This document shows positions 1 through 11,487 of a stretch of 64,000 nucleotides of DNA, in pieces (positions within the stretch are counted from its first letter, which is position 1; every line of letters begins with the position of its first letter). The notes beneath the pieces were generated by a model, which saw only the letters and a program-made list of their open reading frames with translations, made no database searches and was not told the origin of the DNA. This DNA comes from Octopus sinensis (lineage: Eukaryota): NCBI RefSeq assembly GCF_006345805.1, contig NC_043009.1:50282001-50346000 (forward strand), read 5' to 3'. The position numbers were made by a program, and so were the translations under genes.

Positions 1-82
1 CCCTTAATTGTTTGATTTTCAATGGATAGCCAACCTTATTTCTACACCTTTTTTATTGTTTTCCTTACTTAAGTTAGAATAC

Positions 83-303
83 CTATTTCTTTATTACCCA
101 CAAGGGGCTAAACACAGAGGGAACAAACAAGGACAGACATAGGTATTAAGTCGATTACATCGACCCCAGTTCGTAACAGGTACATCCGAAAGGATGAAAG
201 GCAAAGTCGACCTCGGCGGAATTTGAACTCAGAATGTAGCAGCAGACGAAATACCGCTAAGCATTTCGCCCGGTGTGCTAACGTTTCTGCCAGCTCGCCG
301 CCT
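83..303 (-). mobile_element. tRNA-derived SINE, family B (near full length, short internal deletion)
   Basis: Nearly identical to 37526-37758. The minus strand reads ggcgagctggcagaaacgttagcac...gagttcaaattccgccgaggtcgactttgcctttcatcctttcgga... with a B-box-like gagttcaaattcc. It lacks the ttaatttatcgacc segment present in the other copy. Confidence 0.9.
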
Positions 304-329
304 GCAGAATAAGTTAGATTACCATGGTT

Positions 330-1300
330 GTTTTCAAGAAATTGTTCCTCCTCATCTATTTTTGTTGTTTTATGTTACCTCTTCCATTTTATGTAGGGTT
401 TTTTTTCCCTTTCATGTTTTCTCCAATTGGTTGTCAACTAGTAAATTATTTCTTCCTTATTACACAAGTTTTCTAATCTGTTTCTATTAATGGGTATAAA
501 GGGAGTTCTCTAGCTACCTTCAGTGTTTGGGCTGATAATATTCTAGAAACTGGGGTCTATTGGTCATTTTGCTATTTCAGATAATCTTCATTATTTTCAA
601 TTCTCTCCCCACTCCTCACTCCTTCCACCATTATTTCTTCAAGGTAACCAGCTGTATCATCAAGCTTAGGCAATTTATCTTGATACCTTCTTCTAGACAC
701 AATTCCAGTAAGGCTTGATGGCCTTTGGGGTGTTTAGGACTTGGAAATCCATGTGACTGCTTTCTGGCTATATGCCATTTTTCATTAACCCTACTTTAAT
801 TACTAACCCATAATGTCAAACAAACCACGGATCTATGTTCTTTCCCATGTACTGTGGCACAAATCTCTACCCAGAGGTTTGTTTGTGTTTTGGCTGAATC
901 TTTATAGGCTTAAAAGTAAAGCAGAAAGTGCCACAACTTCGGATTTTTCAGCTGAAAAGATTTCTTCTGATATGTCTTGAAGAGCTTGTTGTACTACTTG
1001 ACATGAAGGCAGATTTATTCCAATTCTATCCCTTCAGAAGTAAAGGTATATAATTATTCTCTTTGCTCTCTCCTTAACTACTGTGGCAAAGTGATGCTTT
1101 CATAGGAACTGAGATAGGCCTAAAAATTCTGTTTGTTCAGTTTGTATCAAAGGAAGATTCCCTCTGATACAACTACTGTACAAAGAGATTATAGGGTTCA
1201 ACTACATAGTTACTATCTTTGAAATTACTTGTTTGAGTGTTGGGAATATTTTTATTTTAATCTATTGTTCACTAAACTGTAACCCATCTTTTTTTCTTTA
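330..1300 (-). mobile_element. Heavily decayed non-LTR retrotransposon RT region (R4/Dong-like?)
   Basis: The minus strand has broken motifs resembling the R4-type RT N-terminus, for example ...AIKPYW... and gacccc...tatcagccc (DP..NYRPI-like). Many stops and frameshifts; boundaries approximate. Confidence 0.35.
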
Positions 1301-1585
1301 TCATACATCGAGTTTTACATTTCGATTTTGTCCTGCTTTTTCTTTTCTTTTCTTTTTATTTGCTGATGCAGTGTTCAGTCATATGGTATATACATGCTTG
1401 GTAGCTATTTCTGAAGTGAATATGTAACATCTGTAAATAAATATATTTTTAAAGTTTGTAAAAATAAACTTAATTTTTGTTGTCTACTCCCCAGGTATTG
1501 AAGGCAGGCATCTACTAATCCTTTCATTTGATACTGCACAAATAAATCATGTTCCAAAGAGAAAAGAAAAGCCATATCTTCACAC

Positions 1586-1586
<1 letters not shown>

Positions 1587-1641
<55 letters not shown>

Positions 1642-1649
1642 TAATAATG

Positions 1650-1687
<38 letters not shown>

Positions 1688-1927
1688 TTACGAAGACTTA
1701 CATATCTCTTCAGGAAGGTAAATGCATAATGTAAGAAGAGTGTAATATGATATGTAGTAAATACATTTCAACTCAATAAACAGAGTCACTCTTTACTTAT
1801 TACATATCATATCACACTCTTCTTATAGTGTAATAACAATAATAACAATAATATTAATAATAATAATCATAATAATAATAATAATAATATTAATAATAAT
1901 AACAATAATAATAATAATAATAATAAT

Positions 1928-1977
<50 letters not shown>

Positions 1978-1980
1978 TAA
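1587..1980. repeat. (AAT)n microsatellite arrays interrupted by a ~150 bp insert
   Basis: Visible AAT runs at 1587-1686 and about 1830-1980. Confidence 0.95.
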
Positions 1981-2102
1981 TATCATAGTTTCTAATTTAG
2001 GCACAATGACAACAGTTTCAGTGGGGAAGGGGAATAAGCAATACCAATAGCCCCCCAATACTTGGTTCGTAATGGATCTTTGCATTAATACTGGACTGAT
2101 AA

Positions 2103-2396
2103 CGGATCTTGTGGACAATGAGGAGAGTGAACGTGATACCAATAGTAAATTGATGTGCTTGGATGTATCAGCACTGAACTACAAGCATGGCTCAAAAAGA
2201 CTGAGACAAATGTAAGGATAGAACTTCAGCAAAAATCATCATTGCTTGGAACTGCAAGAGTTCTCTGCAGGGTTCTTGAAACATGATCAGTAAACAAGTG
2301 TCACCTTAGTCTGCTAACTGTGGGTGGTTGACACTTCCCACCGTACTCAGTAAAATAAACTGTGAATTTTCATCAAATAATCACGACAATAATAAT
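2103..2396 (+). mobile_element. 3' end of an R4/Dong-clade (RLE) non-LTR retrotransposon
   Basis: 2103-2286 translates, with one frameshift, to RILWTMRRVNVIPIV../GCISTELQAWLKKTETNVRIELQQKSSLLGTARVLCRVLET*. This matches the characteristic C-terminus (VIPIVIGALG...LQKxxLLGTARILRxVL). A short 3' UTR ending in aataataat follows. Confidence 0.8.
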
Positions 2397-2820
2397 TTTT
2401 TTTTTTGTCAACATTGACTTTGTTCAGATCCTTGAATGAAGATGATATTCTTTCCTTTTATTAATGGAAACTAAATTACTTTAAATTCTCTTGTTATATG
2501 CAAGTAAATGAATCATTTAGAAGAATACACAGTACTCTTAGAAAAATTCAGACATTATCTGCAGACTCTTGTTGACAGAAAAAGTATTTCAAGTGGCCCT
2601 TAACAATTGTTCGCAATGTCACGGTCACTGATATCGATCACAAATAGAGAAAAATCATACAATATTTGTTAGGAAGCAATATAATACTTTCTCTATTTTC
2701 GTATTTCTCATTAACTGAAGGCAGTGAAGAGTGAAGAGGTGGGCCCATAGACATGTAACCCTGAGGGTGACGAAACAAAAATTCATTTCAAATTCATTGC
2801 TTCGATGCAAGTGTAAACAG

Positions 2821-2954
2821 GAAAAAAGCAAGAAATAGATTCTACAGAAGCCAATTTTGAGATAAAAAGACTTTGGTCGGGGTATCGCCAAACTAAAAAT
2901 AACATCAAAATTGAAAACATTATGAAGCTTATCGAAGAAAGAAGAAAACTTTGA
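2821..2954 (+). other. Protein-like open frame of unknown origin (terminal exon or decayed TE)
   Basis: GKKQEIDSTEANFEIKRLWSGYRQTKNNIKIENIMKLIEERRKL* follows a weak aaacag acceptor. The same frame upstream (from 2721) has two stops. Confidence 0.15.
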
Positions 2955-3016
2955 TAGATAGAGATTTTTTTTTTTTAATGTCAACTTTAATTACATCCTT
3001 TGGTACATTTAGCAAA

Positions 3017-3165
<149 letters not shown>

Positions 3166-3645
3166 AGCTGTGGGAGTAGAGGCAATGGTTTTAATGGCAG
3201 CTATAGAAGTGGTGAGACAAAATTTAATAAATTTTCACAACACTGAGGAATTTTATTTTATTTTTTTGTATATGAAGGAGAAGAAAAAAGCAAAGAAAAG
3301 ATGGAGATGAATTTTCTTGATATTAAAAGTAGCTTAGGCATTTTCACAAAGAGAAAGGTGTTTCTTTGGTTTTTTTTTTTTGGGGGGGGGGGCAGATTAG
3401 CCAAGGCGACAGTATTAAAAAAACAAAAAACAAACTCAGTTTTATTACATTTATACATTATGTAATATTTAAGTAAGAGATTCTAGAGTTTGTAAGAATA
3501 TTCCAATGAAAGAAATGAAAAATATTTTCAATTCCAGTTTACAGATATCTAATTCAAAAGACAAAAGATTTAATGCAGCTAGATTTAGAATATGATATGA
3601 ATATATATACAGATGTATGTGCATATACAAAAATATATATATATA

Positions 3646-3683
3646 TTACATGTGAGTGTATGTATACATATTTATATATGTGT

Positions 3684-3727
<44 letters not shown>

Positions 3728-3800
3728 ACACATATATAAATATGTATACATATATATATATATTACATGTGAGTGTATGTATACATATTTATATATGTGT

Positions 3801-3847
<47 letters not shown>

Positions 3848-3862
3848 TACACACATATACAT
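3646..3862. repeat. ~117 bp tandem duplication containing a perfect 94 bp palindrome centred on (TA)n
   Basis: ttacatgtgagtgtatgtatacat starts at both 3646 and 3763. 3659-3752 is self-complementary. Confidence 0.85.
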
Positions 3863-4269
3863 GCATTTATGTCTATTGTTCTATCAAGTCATATATAAAA
3901 ATAATTTAACATTAAACTAAAGGGTTACTATACTTTTTAGTAGAGAACATGTTTATTAGCTTGTTGCAAGAAAAAAATCTGTATTGTTAAGTCTTGTATT
4001 ACGAAGAAAATAATTGACAAAACGCATACAGCAAAACTACTATGAAAAGTGGAAAATCCAGTGTTTCAGACAGATCCTTTCTTCAGTGAAGAATTTGGCA
4101 GAATGGAAATAAAAGAAAGACCTGGTGAGAAAGGTAGAAGTGACCATTGTACACAGTCAGTAGTACAATGGTTAGCCATGATTTCGCAGAAGGTAACAAA
4201 TGAATAACACCACTTGTATAACAGTGACATTTGTGCACAACCAACATGGAATTTACAAGGCAAGGGATT

Positions 4270-4440
4270 TGAACACTCTAACAGCACACACACACATATA
4301 TACACTCATATATATCACAAGCTTCTTTCAATTCCTGTTGAACAAATCCATACAAAAGAAGACACTTCTCTAGGGAGATGCACAATAGGACTTAACCCAA
4401 AACCATATGGTAGCTAAATGAAATTTAACCACACAGCCAC
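4270..4440 (-). mobile_element. Diverged family A SINE fragment
   Basis: Degenerate match to the family A head (..accacacagccac, aaaccatatgg, agaagacactt). Confidence 0.55.
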
Positions 4441-4470
4441 CTTAATACATATAGTGATACATATATGCAA

Positions 4471-4501
<31 letters not shown>

Positions 4502-4710
4502 GATTTTAAATAACAATATTATGCTAAAAGTTAGTTAAGAATAACACTGGAATAATTACTGATATATTTACTGATGGACATTTAACTGCTATTTCTTGTA
4601 GTACAAGCAAAAGCAGTGTGTTCTTATAGCATATCTACTTATTTTCTTGGTGAACTATACATCTTACTACACATGTACAAATACATTCATATATATATCT
4701 ACATATATAC

Positions 4711-4759
<49 letters not shown>

Positions 4760-6920
4760 GCATACACATGCACATACACACACGCGCGCGCACAATTAAG
4801 ATCATATTAAGCCCACAAAGCTAATACTGGTACAAGTTGGTATGCACTAAGTTGGATTTAAAAGTGAAAAGTCTTTTTACTGCAATTCCTATAGTGTATA
4901 TGTCAAAGAACCTAGTTTTGAAGATATACTGAGATTTTATACTATCTATTATTCCAAGTGATCACTGCTAACATTTAAAAGCAAACTATAAAATGTAGAT
5001 TTGCCCTGAACCCAAAATACCATGGATATAATAAAAGGCTTTTGTCAAGTGAACATATTGAAGAAATCTTGTTATGAAACATAAAATGTCATTTAAACAA
5101 ATGATTGATTTTATGAGCACAAACGCAAGTGCTCCACATTTATATTAAGAGCCTAACACTGCCAATCAATTGGTTATAAGTAGCTCAATATATTGATTTT
5201 GGAAGAGGAAACACATTATTTCATTGATGTCAGGGAGAGAGAAACCAAACACATGATTATGCTAGATTTTGTATCAAATTACACTGCTGGTGTAGCTCAA
5301 TGTCTAAAAAGTTCATGGATAGCATAGGCATATATGTTACTTGAGGAAACTTTATGTTTGAAACTATGTCTTTATTTTTTTTTTTTTTTTTCATTTTTTT
5401 TTGTTTTGTTTATTTTATTATTATTTTTTTTTAATTTGTCAATGACATAAGATGCTGCTCTGATCCCTACAAGCACATACAAGTTCATTTGTGAATAAAC
5501 ACATTAGAGGGGATAAAAATATTAATGCCATGATTTTCTATTCAGCTTGTCAAAACCAAAGATCATAGGATAATTGAATAAAATGAAACCGAAACAACAA
5601 ACTAAGTTTGTTTTTATATACAGCCCAGATCACACCACACAACACATTTTAACATAATGCCAAGTATATAAACCAAAGATACGTCAAGCCAATATGATAG
5701 TCTCTACATGGTTGCTTCACCTGCTAGAAATATCAAATAGCATCCTACCAGAGAGGTGGCACTAGATAAGGTAGCCTGTTGAACACTGTTCCTAGGTGAG
5801 AAAAAGAACGGGATGGTTGCAGCTGGAATGTCTGATCATAGATCACCTCAAATAAGAGTGATTTAAGACTGAACAACAAGAACCAAAGATATATGGAAAT
5901 TGATTTCTTTGGGCTGGGGAAATTTATTTATATAAAGGAGAGGGTATAACTTCTTGAATGAATGAACTCCAGTATATCGCTGATACAACCATATAAAAAA
6001 AATTCTATACAGATAAAAGAGAGAGAGAGAGAGAGCAGAAGTTTTAATTAGTAGGTTCTTTATAGCAAAGTTCAAAGGAGGAAATACAGAAGTACTGGCA
6101 GGAAGAGGCCACTTGATGAGGGGTTTAAAATATTTCTGAACACCTTATGTTTGCATGCAGAGACTAATTTGTAGAGTCTAATGAGCAATTACAGTTCTCA
6201 TATGATTCTGAAGTATAAAGTTGGCAAGGTTTATTGCAAATGTAAAGCTTAATAGATTTCAAAGTTTTACAATTGATGTTAAAGGATGTGTTGGTTGCGT
6301 TTTTGCAATACAAAACCTGCTCCAATTTGTTTAGACATGAACTCACCGAGAAGCATTTGATCGAGCATACAAAATGTTCAGTAGGTAGTCGACACCCATA
6401 GCTAACAGTTGCATACTGTCCTTCTCTTCCAAAATTGTGAAAGCTTACCATAAAATTTAATCTAAATACAGTGAAATTTTAAGACTTCACTTTTTTATAG
6501 GCATATATGGGTTAAGGATGAGATATGTGATGATAGTGAAGTTGCTACTAATCTCTAAACACCCTTTTCCAGAATCTTCTCATGAAATGTAACTGTGAAG
6601 AGCATATATTTACCATTTCTTCTTTCATGCTAGGACACTGCATTTCTCTGCAGTGAAGATAAATTATCTGTTAACATGTGCTTCCAGAGTTATGTGTCAA
6701 GAGAGGATCTTTAGGCATTATACATATATATAATGCCACATTAGCACATGGCATTATATTTAGTTGTGCATATCTATCCTTTCATATGGGAAATTCAAAT
6801 GTCTACTCAAAATTATCTTCCCATTAAAAGAGGTGCTAAATCAACAGTTGCCTGAAATCAGTGACATACCTGTGTGCATGCATGTGTGTGTGTGTGTGTG
6901 TGTGTTTTCACATACTCTCT

Positions 6921-7321
6921 CTTTTACTCTTTACTCTTCTACTTGTTTCAGTCATTTGACTGTGGCCATGCTGGAGCACCGCCTTTAGTCGAGCAAATCA
7001 ACCCCAGTACTTATTCTATCGGTCTCTTTTGCCGAATCGCTAAGTGACAGAGACGTAAACACACCAGCATCAGTTGTCAAGCAATGCTAGGGGGACAAAC
7101 GCAGACACACAAACATACACACATATATATATATATGTATATATATATATACATATATACGACAGGCTTCTTTCAGTTTCCGTCTACCAAATCCACTCAC
7201 AAGGCTTTGGTCGGTCCGAGGCTATAGCAGAAGACACTTGCCCAAGATGCCACACAGTGGGACTGAACCTGAAACCATGTGGTTAGTTAGCAAGCTACTT
7301 ACCACACAGCCACTCCTGCGC
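6921..7321 (-). mobile_element. tRNA-derived SINE, family A (full length)
   Basis: The minus strand starts gcgcaggagtggctgtgtggtaag (A-box-like) and continues ggttcagtccc (B-box-like), cttgggcaagtgtctt (CORE-like), an internal (TA)/(TG) tract and the tail gactgaaacaag..aagag. Near-identical copies lie at 24781 and 38742. Confidence 0.92.
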
Positions 7322-8001
7322 ATGTGCAAGGTTTTTAAATGTTTAAATACTATTTTGTAACATTCCTAACAAATGATTCTTAATCAGGACCAGATTTTGC
7401 TTCACAAAATTTTAAAAGGTCACTCATCTTTGATTTACAATTAAAGATTAACTTTTAACCTTTCACTCTTACATTTGATATCCTACACATCAATGTCAAC
7501 AGATCAACTGGTACTTGCAGTATTTAATTTCATCGATATCCTTGCTGCATTACTTCTCATTGGTCACTTAGCTCTGATTTGTCACCTCTAGCCATATGTC
7601 TACTTTTTGTCACAGTGACTGTTAAAAATAATTAAGTAATAAAAATGACAAGAGCTGGATAAATTGAAATGAACTGGAGACCACACATAATTATGAGAGA
7701 GTACTATAGTTGTTCTTCCCATCTTATGAAAACCATGATGGATATTGCTGAAGCCAATATACTAGGTTTCTGTCAGAAAAATAACCACATTTCTACGTTT
7801 AATAGAGAGCCAATTAATTAACCTTTCGATTCAGAATAATTAAACTAATTATAACTATTGGAACATTTTCTAAGATTGAAATTAACTCAATATGTATGAG
7901 AAGAGACCAGTAGCCAAGTTAATAATCGTATAAACCTTTAACTCTAATACATGAAAGAAAGTGTACAGCAGACCTCAAAATCACAAGCAAGCATTATTAT
8001 A

Positions 8002-8032
<31 letters not shown>

Positions 8033-8250
8033 ATTATTATTATTACTTTTTTTTCTTCTTCTTTCAAATTTGCTATCATTTCTTGCCGAGTGTCTTCCCG
8101 ACTCCTAGGGCAAAGAAACTCATAGTATACATTGGTAGGCCATTAAACCAAACTCAGTAGTTCGTTCATTTTTTTTTTTTTTTTTTTAAGTTAAATTAAA
8201 ATACATGAGCAGCAACATTATTATTATTATTATTATCATTATTATTATTA

Positions 8251-8285
<35 letters not shown>

Positions 8286-8286
<1 letters not shown>

Positions 8287-8880
8287 TGGCAGAATCGTTA
8301 GCACACCAGGCAAAATACCTAGTGGCATTTCATCTGTCTCTATACTCTGAGTTCAAATTCAACAGAGGTCAGCTTTATCTTTCATCCTTTCGCTGTCGAT
8401 AAAATAAGTACCAGATAAACACTGAGGTCGATCAAATTGATTTATCCCTTCCCCCGAAATTGTGCCAAAATTTGAAATCATCATTATTGTTGTTGTTGTT
8501 GTTGTTGTTGTTGTTAAGCACACCAGACAAAACTTTTAGTGGTATTCCTTCTGGCTTTATGTTCTGACTTCAAATCCCACCGAGATCAACTTTGCCTTTC
8601 ATCCCATCTCAGGGTCAATAAAATAAGTACCAGTTGAGCACTGGAGTTGCAAAATTTCAGGTCATGCATCTATAGTAGGAAGGATTATTACTATTGTTGA
8701 TCATGGCAGTGATGTTGGATTGGCAGTGATCAACCTCAGTGCTCAACTGGTACTTATTTTATCAACCCCAAAACGATGAAAGGCAAAGTCAACCTTGGCA
8801 GAATTTGAACCCAGATGTAAAGATGGAGGAAATGCTACCAAGCATTATGCCTGGTATGCTAACAATTCTGCCAACTCACC
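8286..8880. mobile_element. Cluster of three diverged family B-like SINE copies (two +, one -)
   Basis: Recurrent gcctttcatcc..gggtcaataaaataagtaccag core at about 8375-8415 (+), 8590-8635 (+) and 8745-8795 (-). Confidence 0.75.
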
Positions 8881-9669
8881 ATCTGAAGATGGTTCTATTA
8901 GAACCATCATGAAGTATAGCATTTCTTGGACTCATGACAATTATATCACGTCAAAAAGTTATGCTTTTGCAATTTAACAGCAAGGGACAAGATACGAAAT
9001 ACTTAATGAATGAAGAAAACAGTAACATCTTTAAATTCTCAAGATACAGCTGAAAATGTCAGTTATGCCACATTTCTATGAAAGAAATTAAATGTGATCA
9101 GTAGCATCCCCCAAAATGTCATTAAGTTTCTACCTTCCAATGCAGAATGTTCCTAAAACAATATTCAATGCTATAGGTAGATATGTATCTATACAAGATT
9201 TATTGACATTATTTATTCTCATCAAAACTTCCAAGAAGTGCAAGCATGATAGTCTTGGTAAGGTTATTTAGGACAGAAAAAGAACATTATATACCATAAT
9301 AGTAGTAGTTACCAGAAGAAATGATTTTTCTCTTTCAAAATCAGTGACAATTGCTTTAATGCCTATTGCTTCTCTTCTCAGATTATAAATTCATATTTAT
9401 ATCTATAACAATCAGTGCACATAGTTATGTGCAGATGGTAATTTTGAAAAGCTAGGGTTTCCAGGCAAAGCAAGTAACCAGCTGATTTGCACTTTGCAAA
9501 TACAATCTATAAGCAAAATAGTAAAAATATTCTAGATTTTTCTAGAGTTTAACACTGTTTTTAATTATCTAAATTCCAGTAATGAAGCCTTGTTTCTTTC
9601 ATAAAAAAAACATGTAGAAAGAATTTTAACAATTATTGAAGGTAACTAACATTACACTCCATGTATGTT

Positions 9670-9710
<41 letters not shown>

Positions 9711-9758
9711 AAATATATATATACATATATATATATGTATATATATATATGTTTATAC

Positions 9759-9824
<66 letters not shown>

Positions 9825-9923
9825 ATATATGCATATATGTATATATATATATATATGTATATATATAATAGAAATATTAAAATTACTAAGTCTCTCTAAA
9901 AGAGAACACGGCAGCGTTCCTGG

Positions 9924-10192
9924 AAATTAATAGTTATCGCCATACTAATATGGCATTCTTATAAAATAAGAATAAAGCTGTCCGCTTATTAGCTCCATGA
10001 GGCCAACGTCTTAAGTTAGCTATTTGATACACAAACTGTATCCATATAACCTTCGAACAAGGGAGGTCAGTCGCTCCACACTACTTGATCGACAGCTACA
10101 GACGCATTTCGGGGTATTGGAGCTAATAAGCGGACAGCTTTATTCTTATTTTTATAAGAATGCCATATTAGTATGGCGATAACTATTAATTT
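9924..10192. mobile_element. Fold-back element, copy 1: ~74 bp inverted arms around a ~120 bp core (MITE-like or inverted Penelope pLTR fragment)
   Basis: 9924-9997 is the reverse complement of 10118-10192 apart from one indel in a T run. Confidence 0.8.
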
Positions 10193-10216
10193 GTATATAT
10201 ATATATATATATATTA

Positions 10217-10249
<33 letters not shown>

Positions 10250-10269
10250 ATTATATATATATATATATA

Positions 10270-10300
<31 letters not shown>

Positions 10301-10409
10301 TATATATATATATATATGCATATATGTATATATATATATATGTATATATATAATAGAAATATTAAAATTACTAAGTCTCTCTAAAAGAGACACACGGCAG
10401 CGTTCCTGG

Positions 10410-10678
10410 AAATTAATAGTTATCGCCATACTAATATGGCATTCTTAAAAAATAAGAATAAAGCTGTCCGCTTATTAGCTCCATGAGGCCAACGTCTTAA
10501 GTTAGCTATTTGATACACAAACTGTATCCATATAACCTTCGAACAAGGGAGGTCAGTCGCTCCACACTACTTGATCGACAGCTACAGACGCATTTCGGGG
10601 TATTGGAGCTAATAAGCGGACAGCTTTATTCTTATTTTTATAAGAATGCCATATTAGTATGGCGATAACTATTAATTT
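10410..10678. mobile_element. Fold-back element, copy 2
   Basis: Near-identical to 9924-10192. Confidence 0.8.
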
Positions 10679-10699
10679 GTATATATATATATATATATA

Positions 10700-10731
<32 letters not shown>

Positions 10732-10753
10732 TATATATATATATATATATATA

Positions 10754-10814
<61 letters not shown>

Positions 10815-11390
10815 ATATATATATATACATGCATGCATACATACATTGCTAAATACAAATATTAATAATAGTGGTGTGTAATGAAGTTTCATGAATTCAG
10901 TAATAGAACATATTTATTGGAACTTAGGGCAGACAGAAACAAAGGCTTCAGTTATATTCCAATTAAGGTGAGTGTTGTAGAGCAAGCAAGTGGTAAGTTC
11001 TTGACATGCTGAGTCCATTACATGGATCCAATTCCCAGTCCAAAGCAATTTCACTTCACTTAAGCTGCTAAAACCTTTGGGAAAGACATGACAATCATAC
11101 CATTTCTCCCAATAAAATAAAGAGCTTTTCTGACTGGTTTAAAAAGAAACCAATATTCTAATCAATGAAATACTACCTTCACAAATGTTCTTGCTCTTTC
11201 ATTATCACATATTTTAAACAATAGATTTTTTTTCAAAAATTGGTATTTGAAATAAAAACTCCAGCTAAATTGGTCTGTCAGAGCCATTTAAAGGAAAAAT
11301 TTGGTAAATGACAAGGTATTTTATATTAAAAAGAATAAAAGTATGTTAAAGGTATCAAACATGACTGTCTCTTGTTTGTTGTCTGTCCAT

Positions 11391-11393
<3 letters not shown>

Positions 11394-11452
<59 letters not shown>

Positions 11453-11487
11453 TTTTCTCTCTCTCTCCTTCTCTTTCTCTCTCTCTC
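11394..11487. repeat. (CT)n microsatellite
   Basis: Visible array. Confidence 0.95.

Larger units (their letters stand above)
9660..10860. repeat. (TA)n-rich tract containing a ~486 bp tandem duplication
   Basis: taatagaaatattaaaattact starts at 9866 and 10351. The units end ctattaatttg at about 10193 and 10679. Confidence 0.9.

Noticed and set aside
4061-4087. Minus-strand CTGAAGA..GAAAC
   Set aside because: Stem II is weak, and there is no NUH triplet or stem I.
8883-8914. CTGAAGA followed by a tggttct/agaacca hairpin (hammerhead-like)
   Set aside because: No GAAA directly after stem II (tcatgaag instead) and no stem I or stem III.
10871-10968. Open frame ending in a perfect aag|gtgagt donor (similar cases at about 6345, 28160, 36843, 40098, 44870)
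   Set aside because: Short frames with splice-like ends are expected by chance in AT-rich DNA, and the phases do not chain into a gene.
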